DNA of 64,000 nt from an uncultured Candidatus Entotheonella sp. (GCA_965217185.1 OZ244252.1:192001-256000); one strand, 5' to 3'. Counted from the stretch's first letter, positions 9,219 through 19,200 are shown. Program-made: numbers and translations. Notes: generated by a model not told the origin, from the sequence alone.

Positions 9219-10347
9219 AACGGTGGACATGTTTCTGCCGCGATTGAAGATCAGGAGTGCCGCTTTGGTATCACGCCAAGATGTGTAGCCAAGCAGTTGG
9301 TCCAGCGCTTTCGTCAGTCCTGTAGGTCCGGTCCAGAACTTGCACTCGGCAATGAAGATGTTCCTACCGTCTACTCTGATGAGAATGTCGGTTTTCCCTT
9401 CGAAATTGAAGGTTTCGCCCGTGGCCTGTCCTTCGTAGTGTCCGTTCAGCTGTACGAGAAAATGGGTTCGCAGGTCTTCCTCGCTCATGTCCCTGAATGC
9501 ACGCGGGCTGCGCTCCATGACGGTGACCATGTTCGAGAGGACGGATAGGATGTGCTCGTAATCATCCATGCCCAGAGCGGGTTCGGGCCTGAACGGCTCT
9601 GAAGAGGCTGTAGGCTTTTGAGGCGTGATGCGCCTCTTGACGTCTGGTGCCACGAACGTCGGTGGCGGGTTCTGACCGCGTCGAAGCGGAAAACCGATGC
9701 TCGCGACAAGGTCCCTGTCTTGAAGCAGTTTTTCACGCCTGGAGTTCAACCTTTGCTTGGCATTTTCTGGCAAAGCCGCGTTGAAAATGTTTATGCCAGC
9801 GTTCACTCGTCCTGCATGGACTTGGGTGTTTTCGAGATCTCGCTGAAAGGCGTTCCTAACCTTTGAGGTCCGGTCCTTAGTCAGGTCGTTGGCCAGGTCG
9901 TAGGTGAATACCAGTTCGTCACGTCTGACGGCGGCTCTTGGCGGGTTCAGGCTGTATGTCGAAGGCCGGCATTTGAACAGGTCCGGGTCTCCAGTGAAAG
10001 GCACGTAGAACGTGACGCGGGTGCCCGTGATGTAAAAGGGCTTACTCGTGTCAAGAATGAAGCGGCGGAAGTCTCCGCTTACGTCCACCTGAGCGTCGCC
10101 GTAATCAATCTGGATGCCTGGTTCGTTGATCGCTAGTGGGTCCAACCTCCACTTCTCGGTGAGGTATTTGACTATGTCTTCCATCGAAGTGTTCAAAACC
10201 TCGTTCTCGCTCATTGAGTTGATTTCCTTGGCGAGACCTTGCCCATGGTTTTCTATGGTCCCCTGCAGGTCGTAGGTATGTAACAACAGGTCCGGTATCG
10301 TTGCCAAGTCAGTCACGGTCCTTTCCTATTCTGAGCGTTCTTGGATT

Positions 10348-10809
10348 TCAGTCAGTTGGATCTGCACCTCTTCGCATACATATCGTTGCATCGCCGTACG
10401 GACCGCCGGATAGCGACTCTGGGCTGTGGTGTTCAATTTGCGGGCCTTGCCCCATTTTGCTGCGCCAGCGTCCGTTGGGCATCTGCACTGCTGCATGTTC
10501 AAATCGGCCTTGGAAGCCGTACAGGACTACCTTTTGGTAGCCGTCTTCGACGTTGCTGTCGTCGCATTGTTCGTATCCCAGGCCGGCGAATGCTTCCATC
10601 AGGCTTTCCATCCTGTTGTCCCGCGTTGCCGACGGAGGCCAGTAGTAAGGCCAGCTGGGCGACCACCATTTGGTTGTGTCGCCGGCGGCGTAAGCAATGC
10701 AATTGTACCCATCTGTGCACTCACCCACGAATTCGAAATCTTCGCAGGACAGATTGGGGAAGGATTCGATTAGCAATCGCGCGCAGCTAGACGTATCCAC
10801 TGCGCGCAC
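10348..10809 (-). CDS. small conserved protein with YNCIAYA...HAA...WRSKMG motifs (DUF7689-like, possible papain/NlpC-type Cys-His fold)
   Basis: Motif recognition from memory; overlaps the stop codon of the upstream R-M gene. Confidence 0.7.
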   Translation of the reverse strand: MRAVDTSSCARLLIESFPNLSCEDFEFVGECTDGYNCIAYAAGDTTKWWSPSWPYYWPPSATRDNRMESLMEAFAGLGYEQCDDSNVEDGYQKVVLYGFQGRFEHAAVQMPNGRWRSKMGQGPQIEHHSPESLSGGPYGDATICMRRGADPTD

Positions 10810-13800
10810 CCCATTCCAGCCAGGACGCCTGCATCGCTTTAACGTTGCCGCGGTCAGGTGGCTGCACGGGGTTGGCGTTGGTGATTGCGTGTAGGGCGTG
10901 GAACCAGAGGCCCCCTTGCGCCTCCATCCTTTCCAGAATCAGAGGCACGGCAGGTTCGCCCATATTGACGATTTCCTGGTGGGCCGGGTGGGCAGCGGCC
11001 CGGTCTGAGTTCGACAGGAACACGGTTTCATTTTCCCATTGGTCGGCCAGTTGATGGAATCGCTCCCGGTCGGCGGGTTCTATGTCCACCGCGTCTCCGT
11101 ACTGGTTGTAGCCCAGACCCCGCACGTGCGGCTCCTTGTTCAGCAACTCACGCAGACGCGCCAGCTCCTCCACGTCCCAACCCATGGCCTCGGCCACGGC
11201 CTCGTCCCACAGTCGCCGCAATTTGCATTCCCCGTCCCGGAACTGCGGCACTTCCATGTTCTTGGTGCGCTCCCAGCAGTCGGCCAGGGCTTGGCGGATG
11301 CGGTCGTCTTTAGCGTTGGGGATGCGGATGTTCTCAATGGGTCTGGGGTTGTACTGCGGAAAGGCCAGTTTTCGCCCTGCATTTCGCAACAATTGAAGGC
11401 GGCCTGCAGTTGAGTTGATGAAAACGGCTATGGCCTTTGCTGCTTCTGCGTTTGGTCCTGTGACAGGCAGCCAACCGCGTCCAACGTATTTGTTGTCGTC
11501 GGCGATAGCGCTGACCCGGGCGGTGGATGGCGCCTGTCCGGATGTGACCAGCAGATTGCCTGCTTTCGCGAGCAATTTGTCCACCTCCGGGTAGGTTCCT
11601 CCATTCGCGATACGTTGCTCCTCGTCCGGGTTAGTCGGTTTCCATCGGGCATCCGGCGTACTGCGGATGGTAGTCTGCCCGTCGGCACCTTTTGAGCTAA
11701 TGATGGGGAAACTACCAAGATCGCCAGGCGCAGCTGGGATGAAGTTCTTCTTGTCCATCATCTGGAGGGTTGCTTCGCACGAATACCCGTGTTCGCGAAT
11801 CGTTCGCATTACTCGGTGAGTTGAAAACCGCCGGGATGCCTCGGCCAACTCAGGGGAGCGCCAGATGGCCGGCGTCCAGTCGCCTTCGGCGATACGCTCT
11901 GACGACCAGTACGACGCTTCACCCCAACCGTCGTGCAACGGGCCATCAGGGCAGTCCAGCAAGACTCGGTGCAGTTCTGCAACCTCTTCTTCGTCGTGGG
12001 GCATCCTCTCCAGATGGATGAATCGGGTTGGCGGTCCGATGCCGGCATGGCGCACGGCGATGACTATGCACTCGTCGATCTCTACATTCTGGCTCAATGT
12101 GAACTCTCGGGGCCAGCGGCCAGTAAGCACGGTGTGAATGTGGTAGCGTTGCGCCAGTATTTGACGTTCTTTCAGGCCCGAAGGGGCGGACAACGCGATG
12201 GTAGGCTCGATCATCGTTAATACACCATCATTCCGCTTCGCACAGTGGTCCGCTAGGGCCACGAACAGCGGCCTAATGGAGTTCTTGTCCCCGAATTCCA
12301 TCAAGCCGGGGTCTGCACTGATAAGAAGCCGCTCCATATCGTCCACGCGGGATCGTAGCGATTGTTGTATCCCTTTGGGAAACTTCTCTCCCATCTTGGA
12401 ACGATTGCTGAACGGCGGATTCATGATAACGATGCGGGCGTTTTTGGCCGCGTCAACGGCGTCCTCCAGCTCGGCGTCGTCGTGCTGGCCCCAGACGACT
12501 TGCGAGCCGATCTTCTCGTCGGCCAACCCCAACTCGTTGTCCCTGGGGACGATGGCCTTCTGGCCCAGCAGTTCCAGAGTGCCTACGGATACCCTGGCGG
12601 GATCCTCCGGTGACGGGCCGTAGGGCATCAGGTGCAGGCCCATCTTCCGGTACTGGATGTCCTGGTTCCCCGCCGTCAGCTGCGACGCCGCCAGTTGCAG
12701 CGACATCGGGTTGATGTCCAGTCCTTTGACGGTTTCTTCGACCGCCAGCTTTTGCAGTTGGGCGATTTTCAATTCGTCGGCGCCTTGCTCCTGCGCCCGC
12801 CGTTTCATCTCGGTGAGCATCGCGGCCAGCAGGGTTCCGCTGCCGCAGGCCAGGTCAACGGTCTTGTGGTCGCGCCACACCTGCGGGTCGCTCCAGTCCA
12901 CGTCGCCGCAGGCGTCCAGTGTCAGGCGTGCGGCGATGGACGCCGCCACCGGCCTGGTGAAGTAGGCGCCGTCGCTGGCTTGGTTGCCCATGAATTCATT
13001 GAAGATGGGGCCGGCGTGGTCGGTGCCCATGTCGGCGTAGGTCGCTGCGATTTCCTGGGCGGCGGCGGCCACGTGGTGCAGGGCCTTTTCCAGGCCGGCT
13101 AACTTACCGGTGTTTTCGGAGGCATACACGGTTTCCAGGGCGGGTTCCAGCACGGCCCGGAAGTCGTGGCGCATGATGCGTTCCCACTCCCGGCACAGTC
13201 GTTTCACAACGTATACGTCGTTCTTGACCTCCGCCAAGTCGCTGACGCCGGACAGCCAGTTGCCATTGGCGATGCGTTGGTGGAGCATGGCGGCGTTCAT
13301 CAGCAGCAAGGCGGCGACGTTACAGCTGTCGTTGCGCTTGCCCTCTGCCAGGTTATCCATTTGAAAGTGGCGGTCCAGCGGGGACTGCAGGCCGTCCTCT
13401 CGCAGGTGGCGGCCTGCTTCCAGCACGCAGTCCCGCAAAATGTTCAAGTCGCGTTCGACCTTGTTCCCTTTCAGACCGGACTTGGTGAGCAGGGCCATCC
13501 GGATGGCCCTGGTGTTTTCTTTGAGACCGGTCAGTAGCAGCATTTGCAGCGCGTTCCGGTTGCTGCGTTCCATAGGATCCCGGGGCTTCCGCTTGCTGGT
13601 GTGCTCCACGCGCACGCCTTCGCCGTTGTTCACCATGCGGCGCGCCTTGTCTTTGGTGCCCTCGAGGTCGATGGGGCCGAGGGTTCTGTCCGGTCTGGGC
13701 TCTTCCCGAGGAGCGCGGTCAACCCGCGTTTCGGTGCTGCCGTCAGCGTTCTGGTGCGTCGTCAGCACCGTGTAGATGTCGTGGGCCGTAACGTTGTCTG

Positions 13801-16285
13801 GCGTTAATGGACCCTGTTGTGCTTCGTTTATCTGGTGTTGTGGGCCGGACGACCAGGGCGGCGCGCCGGACTCGTTAATCGCGGCCGTCTCCGGCTCTGG
13901 AGTGCGTTGCGGCTGAAGAGTTGCCGGCTGTTGCGTACCGTACGCTCCCGGCGCGTCCAGCGTGGCTACTGCGGACTTGGTTTCCGAGTAAACCGCGGGT
14001 TCTTCTCTGATCCGCCATTGCAGTTCATTGAGGGGTCGCAATCCTATGTCCTGGGGGCGAGCCTTGCGCTCGACGACCTGTTCGGCGGCTCTCTGGGCAT
14101 CGCCTACGGGTCCTACGTGGTAGTGGTGGCGGATGTAGCCGGATTCCTGGTTCGCCACGCTGACGGCAGTGGCTACTACCTCCTGCGGCGGCGGAACGTA
14201 GAGCGTCATCAGTTCCGACAGTTGATCTTCAATGCGTTCGTCGTGGGCGCGCAGGGCCAGCAGTATCTGGCCCAACTCCTGCCAGCCGTCTTCCTTGCTG
14301 CTGGTTTGCAACCATTCTTCCGGGTCGGCCTGCGGCGGTATCACGATAGGGCAGATGATGTAGCCTATCTCTTTGCCCGGCGCGGTGCGCATGGCGCGTC
14401 CCACCGCCTGAATCACGTCGATCGGGCTCTTGCGGGGTTCCAGGAATGCCACTGCACTCAGCGACGGGGAGTCGGTGCCCTCGCCGAAGATACCTACGTT
14501 CAGGATGCCGTGGGGCGCTGCTGACGTTGCGCTGGCCAGGTTGCCCTTGGCCTGCTCGCGTAGCAGGATATTGGAGGATGCGTCCAGGTGTTCCAGCTCG
14601 TACTTGGCGGCTTGCCGGCCGGGCAGGTTGTCGTCCAGGTATTTCTGAATCCATTCCCTGGCCGTGTCGGATTGGAGGTCCTTGGCCATGTTCTTGGACT
14701 TGTCCACCGTGTTCATAAAAGCGATACACGATTGAATCGCTACTTGTTTCTCTGCGTCATCGTCCTGCTGGGTAGCGTTGCCCATGGCGAGAGCGAAGGC
14801 CAGCCCCCTGATGTAGTGGTCGGTGGTGAGGGCCTGCCGCCCTTTACTTTGGGTATTTTTGGCGAGCAGGTTGGCGGCTCGATATGCTTCGGGGTCGTTT
14901 ACGCCGATGGCGATGATGCGGTAGTCAGACAGCCAGCCATTGTTCACGGCGTCAATGTAGCTGCGTCGGTAGATTTCCACGCCGAAGACCGTTTCGTCGT
15001 CCATTGACCGGACGACCCACTCATCGTTCTTACGCTGAACTTTCTTCTGGTCGTACACCTTGGGCGTGGCGGTCTGGTATATGCGGTAGGTGGCGGGGAA
15101 GGCGTCGTTGTCGTGGCAGAGGGTGAAGTTCCGCAGGTTCGGATTCTTTTTGCTTTGCGCGTTTTTGCGCAGGCCGGCCGTACGGTGGGCTTCGTCCCCG
15201 ATCATCACGCTGGCGGCGGTTTTTGTGTCCCGTAGGGCTTCGGCGACGCGGTGCGCACTTTGGTAGGTGCCGAAGATGACGCCAATGTCCGGGCGTTGTT
15301 TAGCTGCCTCAATCCATTCACCGATTTCCCCGGCGTCGGTGGTGACCGGCCCCTTGATTACAGATGCGCTGACGTTGCTGCTGTCAGCGGTGGGGTCCGT
15401 GGTAGTGTTGCGTCTTTCTTCTTTCTTGGGGTCGTAGCCGGCCGTTTCGTCGGAGCAGACGGCCAGGGCGTTGATTGGGCCGCCGGCGTGTTGCAGGTAC
15501 TCCCGCCGGATTTGGGCTACCAAGGCGATGGAGGGGCACAGTACGACGGAAACGCCGCCGGCGGGAGTCAATGATTCAACGATTCGCAGCGAAATACGGG
15601 TCTTGCCAGTTCCGCAAGGAAGGATGATTTTGCCGCGGGCTTGGCCGACCGGCAGTCCGCCGTTGGCACTCTGGACATGGTCTTGGAGAACGCGGATTGC
15701 AGTGGCGACGGCTTCATCCTGCATACACTGCTTGGTCTGGCGTGCCGTCTCCGGTGCGTCCGGTTCGCAGTGGGGGCAAGGCTGCTCGTCCTGTCCGTAG
15801 CCTTGATTCAGCAGGTCGGCGTGGATGTTGATGGGCTTGATAGGGCGGTCAACGCCCCCCATGGAGAGAGCTTGAACGGCCTGTTGGCTGAAGGGCGCTT
15901 CGCCGTTGACAACCAGCCAGCGTTCCGCCCAGAACGGGTTGGAAGATGCGTTTGCAAAAGAGTCCAGTTCGCTTTTCTGGATTGCTACTGGTACGCCATT
16001 CTCGAGACGTCGGGACTTGCACTGGATGGCAACGTGACGTCTGTCACTACGCCGCACGGCCACGACGTCTATGCCGATGTCCTGATTGGTGGAGCCGGAG
16101 AAGGCCGTTTCCCGGTCCGGCCATTCCGTCCAGGCCCAGCACCGGGCGATGTCCCATTCCTTGATGTAGGGGCCGACATATGCGGTAAGGTCTTCCAGCC
16201 ATTTGCCGCTTGACTGCTGGTCTCTCATTGATTCCAGCTTGTCGATTGCCCGTTCGGTGATTTCGGCTGGGGTTCCGGTTTGCAT
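10787..16285 (-). CDS. single-polypeptide restriction-modification enzyme, Type ISP-like (Mrr-like nuclease + SF2 helicase + N6-adenine methyltransferase + TRD) with an extra C-terminal domain
   Basis: DIGIDVVA...AIQCKS; PCGTGKT, DEAHRT, TATP, IQAVGRAMR; DLACGSGT and MNPPF. Confidence 0.88.
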   Translation of the reverse strand: MQTGTPAEITERAIDKLESMRDQQSSGKWLEDLTAYVGPYIKEWDIARCWAWTEWPDRETAFSGSTNQDIGIDVVAVRRSDRRHVAIQCKSRRLENGVPVAIQKSELDSFANASSNPFWAERWLVVNGEAPFSQQAVQALSMGGVDRPIKPINIHADLLNQGYGQDEQPCPHCEPDAPETARQTKQCMQDEAVATAIRVLQDHVQSANGGLPVGQARGKIILPCGTGKTRISLRIVESLTPAGGVSVVLCPSIALVAQIRREYLQHAGGPINALAVCSDETAGYDPKKEERRNTTTDPTADSSNVSASVIKGPVTTDAGEIGEWIEAAKQRPDIGVIFGTYQSAHRVAEALRDTKTAASVMIGDEAHRTAGLRKNAQSKKNPNLRNFTLCHDNDAFPATYRIYQTATPKVYDQKKVQRKNDEWVVRSMDDETVFGVEIYRRSYIDAVNNGWLSDYRIIAIGVNDPEAYRAANLLAKNTQSKGRQALTTDHYIRGLAFALAMGNATQQDDDAEKQVAIQSCIAFMNTVDKSKNMAKDLQSDTAREWIQKYLDDNLPGRQAAKYELEHLDASSNILLREQAKGNLASATSAAPHGILNVGIFGEGTDSPSLSAVAFLEPRKSPIDVIQAVGRAMRTAPGKEIGYIICPIVIPPQADPEEWLQTSSKEDGWQELGQILLALRAHDERIEDQLSELMTLYVPPPQEVVATAVSVANQESGYIRHHYHVGPVGDAQRAAEQVVERKARPQDIGLRPLNELQWRIREEPAVYSETKSAVATLDAPGAYGTQQPATLQPQRTPEPETAAINESGAPPWSSGPQHQINEAQQGPLTPDNVTAHDIYTVLTTHQNADGSTETRVDRAPREEPRPDRTLGPIDLEGTKDKARRMVNNGEGVRVEHTSKRKPRDPMERSNRNALQMLLLTGLKENTRAIRMALLTKSGLKGNKVERDLNILRDCVLEAGRHLREDGLQSPLDRHFQMDNLAEGKRNDSCNVAALLLMNAAMLHQRIANGNWLSGVSDLAEVKNDVYVVKRLCREWERIMRHDFRAVLEPALETVYASENTGKLAGLEKALHHVAAAAQEIAATYADMGTDHAGPIFNEFMGNQASDGAYFTRPVAASIAARLTLDACGDVDWSDPQVWRDHKTVDLACGSGTLLAAMLTEMKRRAQEQGADELKIAQLQKLAVEETVKGLDINPMSLQLAASQLTAGNQDIQYRKMGLHLMPYGPSPEDPARVSVGTLELLGQKAIVPRDNELGLADEKIGSQVVWGQHDDAELEDAVDAAKNARIVIMNPPFSNRSKMGEKFPKGIQQSLRSRVDDMERLLISADPGLMEFGDKNSIRPLFVALADHCAKRNDGVLTMIEPTIALSAPSGLKERQILAQRYHIHTVLTGRWPREFTLSQNVEIDECIVIAVRHAGIGPPTRFIHLERMPHDEEEVAELHRVLLDCPDGPLHDGWGEASYWSSERIAEGDWTPAIWRSPELAEASRRFSTHRVMRTIREHGYSCEATLQMMDKKNFIPAAPGDLGSFPIISSKGADGQTTIRSTPDARWKPTNPDEEQRIANGGTYPEVDKLLAKAGNLLVTSGQAPSTARVSAIADDNKYVGRGWLPVTGPNAEAAKAIAVFINSTAGRLQLLRNAGRKLAFPQYNPRPIENIRIPNAKDDRIRQALADCWERTKNMEVPQFRDGECKLRRLWDEAVAEAMGWDVEELARLRELLNKEPHVRGLGYNQYGDAVDIEPADRERFHQLADQWENETVFLSNSDRAAAHPAHQEIVNMGEPAVPLILERMEAQGGLWFHALHAITNANPVQPPDRGNVKAMQASWLEWGARSGYV

Positions 16286-16748
16286 TTGCTTGGCTCCTTT
16301 TTGGCTTGAAGTCGTAGCAGCGCTACCGTTTCCCGCTGTTTAAGGGGTATTCGCTACTGTTCGGTTCCGGCGAATTTGGCCCGAGTTGACGCCCATCAGT
16401 ACTCTACTTTCGAACTTGGAACAAGCAAGCCCAAAACTGATGGAAGGGTATCCTGGCGAAGTTGTGCTCGGTGTGTGAGGACGTGTATCCGGGGCACGCC
16501 AGGATTTGGCACTTCGGTATGTAATTCCCCTCCAAAAGCCCCCCCCTGACAATGGGGTTGGGGGGTCGCACGGATTGCCGGCAACCGAACGAGCCTTCAC
16601 GCTGAAAAGCCTCAGATTGCCAAGCGCGTAACATCACAGAGTAAGAATTTTCTGGATGAGGTGCCCGTGAACCCGTTTTGGCCGGAGTCGAGCAAGCCTT
16701 TGCGAAAATTCCTGGTATCAACTGGTATCAACGTGAACGCGCTTTAGC

Positions 16749-16846
16749 TTGATCGAACGGCGGCCGACGTCGAGCCCCGTCAGAAGGGGCTTGCGGCCGA
16801 AATGTGGGAGGCGTTGCAGAAGAGCCATGGATAGAAGTCAACTCCC
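16749..16846. repeat. right copy of the pilM 5' repeat (truncated pilM-like fragment on the minus strand)
   Basis: Minus strand reads MALLQRLPHFGRKPLLTGLDVGRRSIKL then diverges and stops; 16785-16846 is identical to 8178-8239. Confidence 0.9.
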
Positions 16847-16854
16847 GGCGAAAA

Positions 16855-17963
16855 TGTTCTGGCACTTGCGGAAAAATTGGCACTTTCGGCATCAGCGCGG
16901 GACACAGGAAATCTCCCTGGCGGAGACGGTCAAGGGCCTGCAAGCGCTGCTGCTTGATGACGTGGCGGCGGTCCTGTCGGACACGCTGCGTCAGGTGTTT
17001 TCACGCCCTGTGAGCCTCTCCGAACTCCACCGTCTCGACATTGCTTTTTTCCAGGAGGGTCGTGAGCAGCGCGTCTGGCGCGCCCAAGCCAGCCTGCAAG
17101 ACGGTGCCGTGGGTATATTCGGCCTCATTATAGCGCGGTCTATGGGAGCTAGTCATGACGTGACGCAGCGCGATTTCGGGAATCTGCAGCGCCTGTCCGA
17201 ATTGCAGCCGCGCTACTGCGTGCGGCCTTATGTGCAAGCGACGGCACCGGTGGCCGACGGCCTGGCGGCGTACACGGTGCAATGGTGCGAGTCGCACAAG
17301 GAACTGGTGTTCGAGGTGAGCCGCGACGGCGGCACCTTTCTGATCAACAATCCCAAGGCGCACCGTCATTTCAGCCCGGCGTCGTCCCGCGGCGTTTGGC
17401 GGCGGATTGCGGAGGTGTTGTGCTGGTATCCGGGTCTGCGGGGCGTCAACGTGCAGGCGGGGGATTTCATCGGCCGGGTGGAACCGGACGGGCAGGTTGA
17501 CCTGAAGCTGACGACAGGGCGGCAGATGACGGCAGATACGTCACCGGAAACGCACGTCGCGGCCATGCTGCGGGACATGATCACGGCAAGCGGCTACCTG
17601 AGCGACGGGCGGCAGCCTTTCGACCGCGGCATGTCTTGCGAAACTTTTATGTTGCGTATGCGGGGGGTGCTGGAGCGGCGGTTTGGCGACAGGGCAGCGG
17701 CGATGGCGCAGCAGCAGTGGGAGCTGTTTCGGGCCGGCGTCTTTGCCCGGCAAGAAGATTGGCTGAAGGAAGACTGTGTGCTGGGGACCTTCGATCGCTG
17801 GCGGGCCGATTATCCGGCGGACGCGGCTTGGCGTGAGACGAAACAGCGATGGCTGGCCTATGCCGAGGCGGTACGGACTGGCCGCATGGCGCCGTCGTGG
17901 TGGTTCCCGGCGGGGGAAATTCCGGAGTTGCTGGAGCGGCTGGGGCAACGGCTCAAAACATGA
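16855..17963 (+). CDS. hypothetical protein (start uncertain; weak kinase-like AGDF motif)
   Basis: Long ORF with host-like GC-rich codon pattern, followed by a hairpin; the first part of the 16749 ORF overlaps the repeat and is unlikely to be coding. Confidence 0.65.
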
Positions 17964-17977
17964 TTTTGAACAGGGAC

Positions 17978-18005
17978 GGCCGGGCCAGGATGACCTGGCC
18001 CGGCC
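17978..18005. terminator. hairpin between convergent genes
   Basis: ggccgggccagg-atga-cctggcccggcc, 12-bp perfect stem. Confidence 0.55.
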
Positions 18006-18011
18006 TCGCTT

Positions 18012-19187
18012 CTACTGCGTCCGTTCACCCATCGGCCCGCCGCTGGGCGCTTGGCCGTCGCCATCCATCGGTGCCGGCGCGACTTCCGGTATCACCGCCG
18101 CCGGCGCGAGGCCGTCAGGCAGGGTGGGCTCCGTGCTCATCAGGCCGTTCGCGTGATTCAGGTAACGGTAAAAATCGCTGTCCGTGGTCAACAGCAGGCT
18201 GGAGTTGCCTTTCAGCGTTTTCTTGTACGCCGCCAATGTCTGGATAAAGGTGTAAAACTCGGGTGCCTGGCCATAAGAGGCGGCGTAAATACCCGCTGCC
18301 TCGGCATCGGCTTTACCGATAACCTCCTGCGCCAGACGATACGCATTGGAGCGCAAGCTATCGATTTCCTTCTCTTTCTCGCCGCGAATCTTGGCGCTCT
18401 CACCGTCGCCGATCGAACGGAAACGCGCCGCAATACGTTGACGTTCGGAAATCATGCGCTCATACACCCGCTGCTCCACCTCCTCAACATAGTTGATGCT
18501 CTTGATGCGCACGTCGATCAATTCGATGCCGAAATTCGGCAGATTCTCCTGCGCTCGCTCGACCATGAGTTGAGTCAGGCCGTCCCGCCCCAGACGGGCC
18601 TTCTGCATGGCATCCGGAAGCACGGCCTGATCCGGCGCCGGGGCAACGGACTGCGCCTGTCCCGCGTCCGGCTCGGCGTCAGCCGCGGGCGCAGGGCTGG
18701 CATCCGCCAGTAAACCATCCACCACCCGCCGCTCGCTGCCCTCAAGGCTGTCCAGCGGCAGTTCGCGGTTGGAGTTGCGCACCGATTCGATCAGCAGGTG
18801 GGAACTCACCACGTCGCGCGCCGCCGAGTCAATCAGATCGTCCAAGCGGCTTTGAGCGGATCGCTCGGTCTTGACCGCCTTGAGAAACTGCAGCGGATCG
18901 ACAATACGCCAGCGCGCCGTCGTATCCAGCTTGATGAAGCGTTTGTCCAGGGTCGGGATCTCGTCCGGTGAGCCGTCCCATTCCAGAATGCGTTTTTCGA
19001 AACGCCGCACACGCTGAATAAACGGCGCCTTGACCCTCAGCCCCGGCGTTGAGATGGCGTCACCGACCGGCTCGCCGAACTGCGTGATGATAACCAAGTC
19101 CGTCTCGTCCACTTGGTAGAGGGCCCCGCCGACCGTCATCAACACGGCCACTACGACCACGCCAACTACGGCAACTAATTTGTTCAT
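18012..19187 (-). CDS. hflC: FtsH protease modulator HflC
   Basis: SPFH domain; IITQFGEPV, VYERMISERQRIAARFRSIG, PEFYTF. Confidence 0.92.
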   Translation of the reverse strand: MNKLVAVVGVVVVAVLMTVGGALYQVDETDLVIITQFGEPVGDAISTPGLRVKAPFIQRVRRFEKRILEWDGSPDEIPTLDKRFIKLDTTARWRIVDPLQFLKAVKTERSAQSRLDDLIDSAARDVVSSHLLIESVRNSNRELPLDSLEGSERRVVDGLLADASPAPAADAEPDAGQAQSVAPAPDQAVLPDAMQKARLGRDGLTQLMVERAQENLPNFGIELIDVRIKSINYVEEVEQRVYERMISERQRIAARFRSIGDGESAKIRGEKEKEIDSLRSNAYRLAQEVIGKADAEAAGIYAASYGQAPEFYTFIQTLAAYKKTLKGNSSLLLTTDSDFYRYLNHANGLMSTEPTLPDGLAPAAVIPEVAPAPMDGDGQAPSGGPMGERTQ

Positions 19188-19200
19188 TGCGTCATCTCCT

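Larger units (their letters stand above)
8758..10316 (-). pseudogene. PD-(D/E)xK-like (restriction-fold) nuclease domain protein interrupted by two tandem MITEs
   Basis: GKTDILIRVDGRNIFIAECKFW motif. Removing 8914-9218 (305 bp) gives one 418-codon frame (...NMSTVLE-GITKTVREHPNY...VFDVPA*). Confidence 0.8.
8240..16784. mobile_element. integrase-less genomic island I (defence-type cargo) at the pilM 5' end
   Basis: Bounded by the 62-bp direct repeat; contains R-M-like and nuclease genes, MITEs and REP-like palindromes. Confidence 0.75.

Noticed and set aside
16286..16748. Possible integrase remnant at the right end of island I
   Set aside because: The short ORFs here show no tyrosine- or serine-recombinase motifs
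16859..16892. Two TGGCAC motifs suggesting a sigma54 promoter
   Set aside because: Neither has TTGC/GC at the required GG-N10-GC spacing
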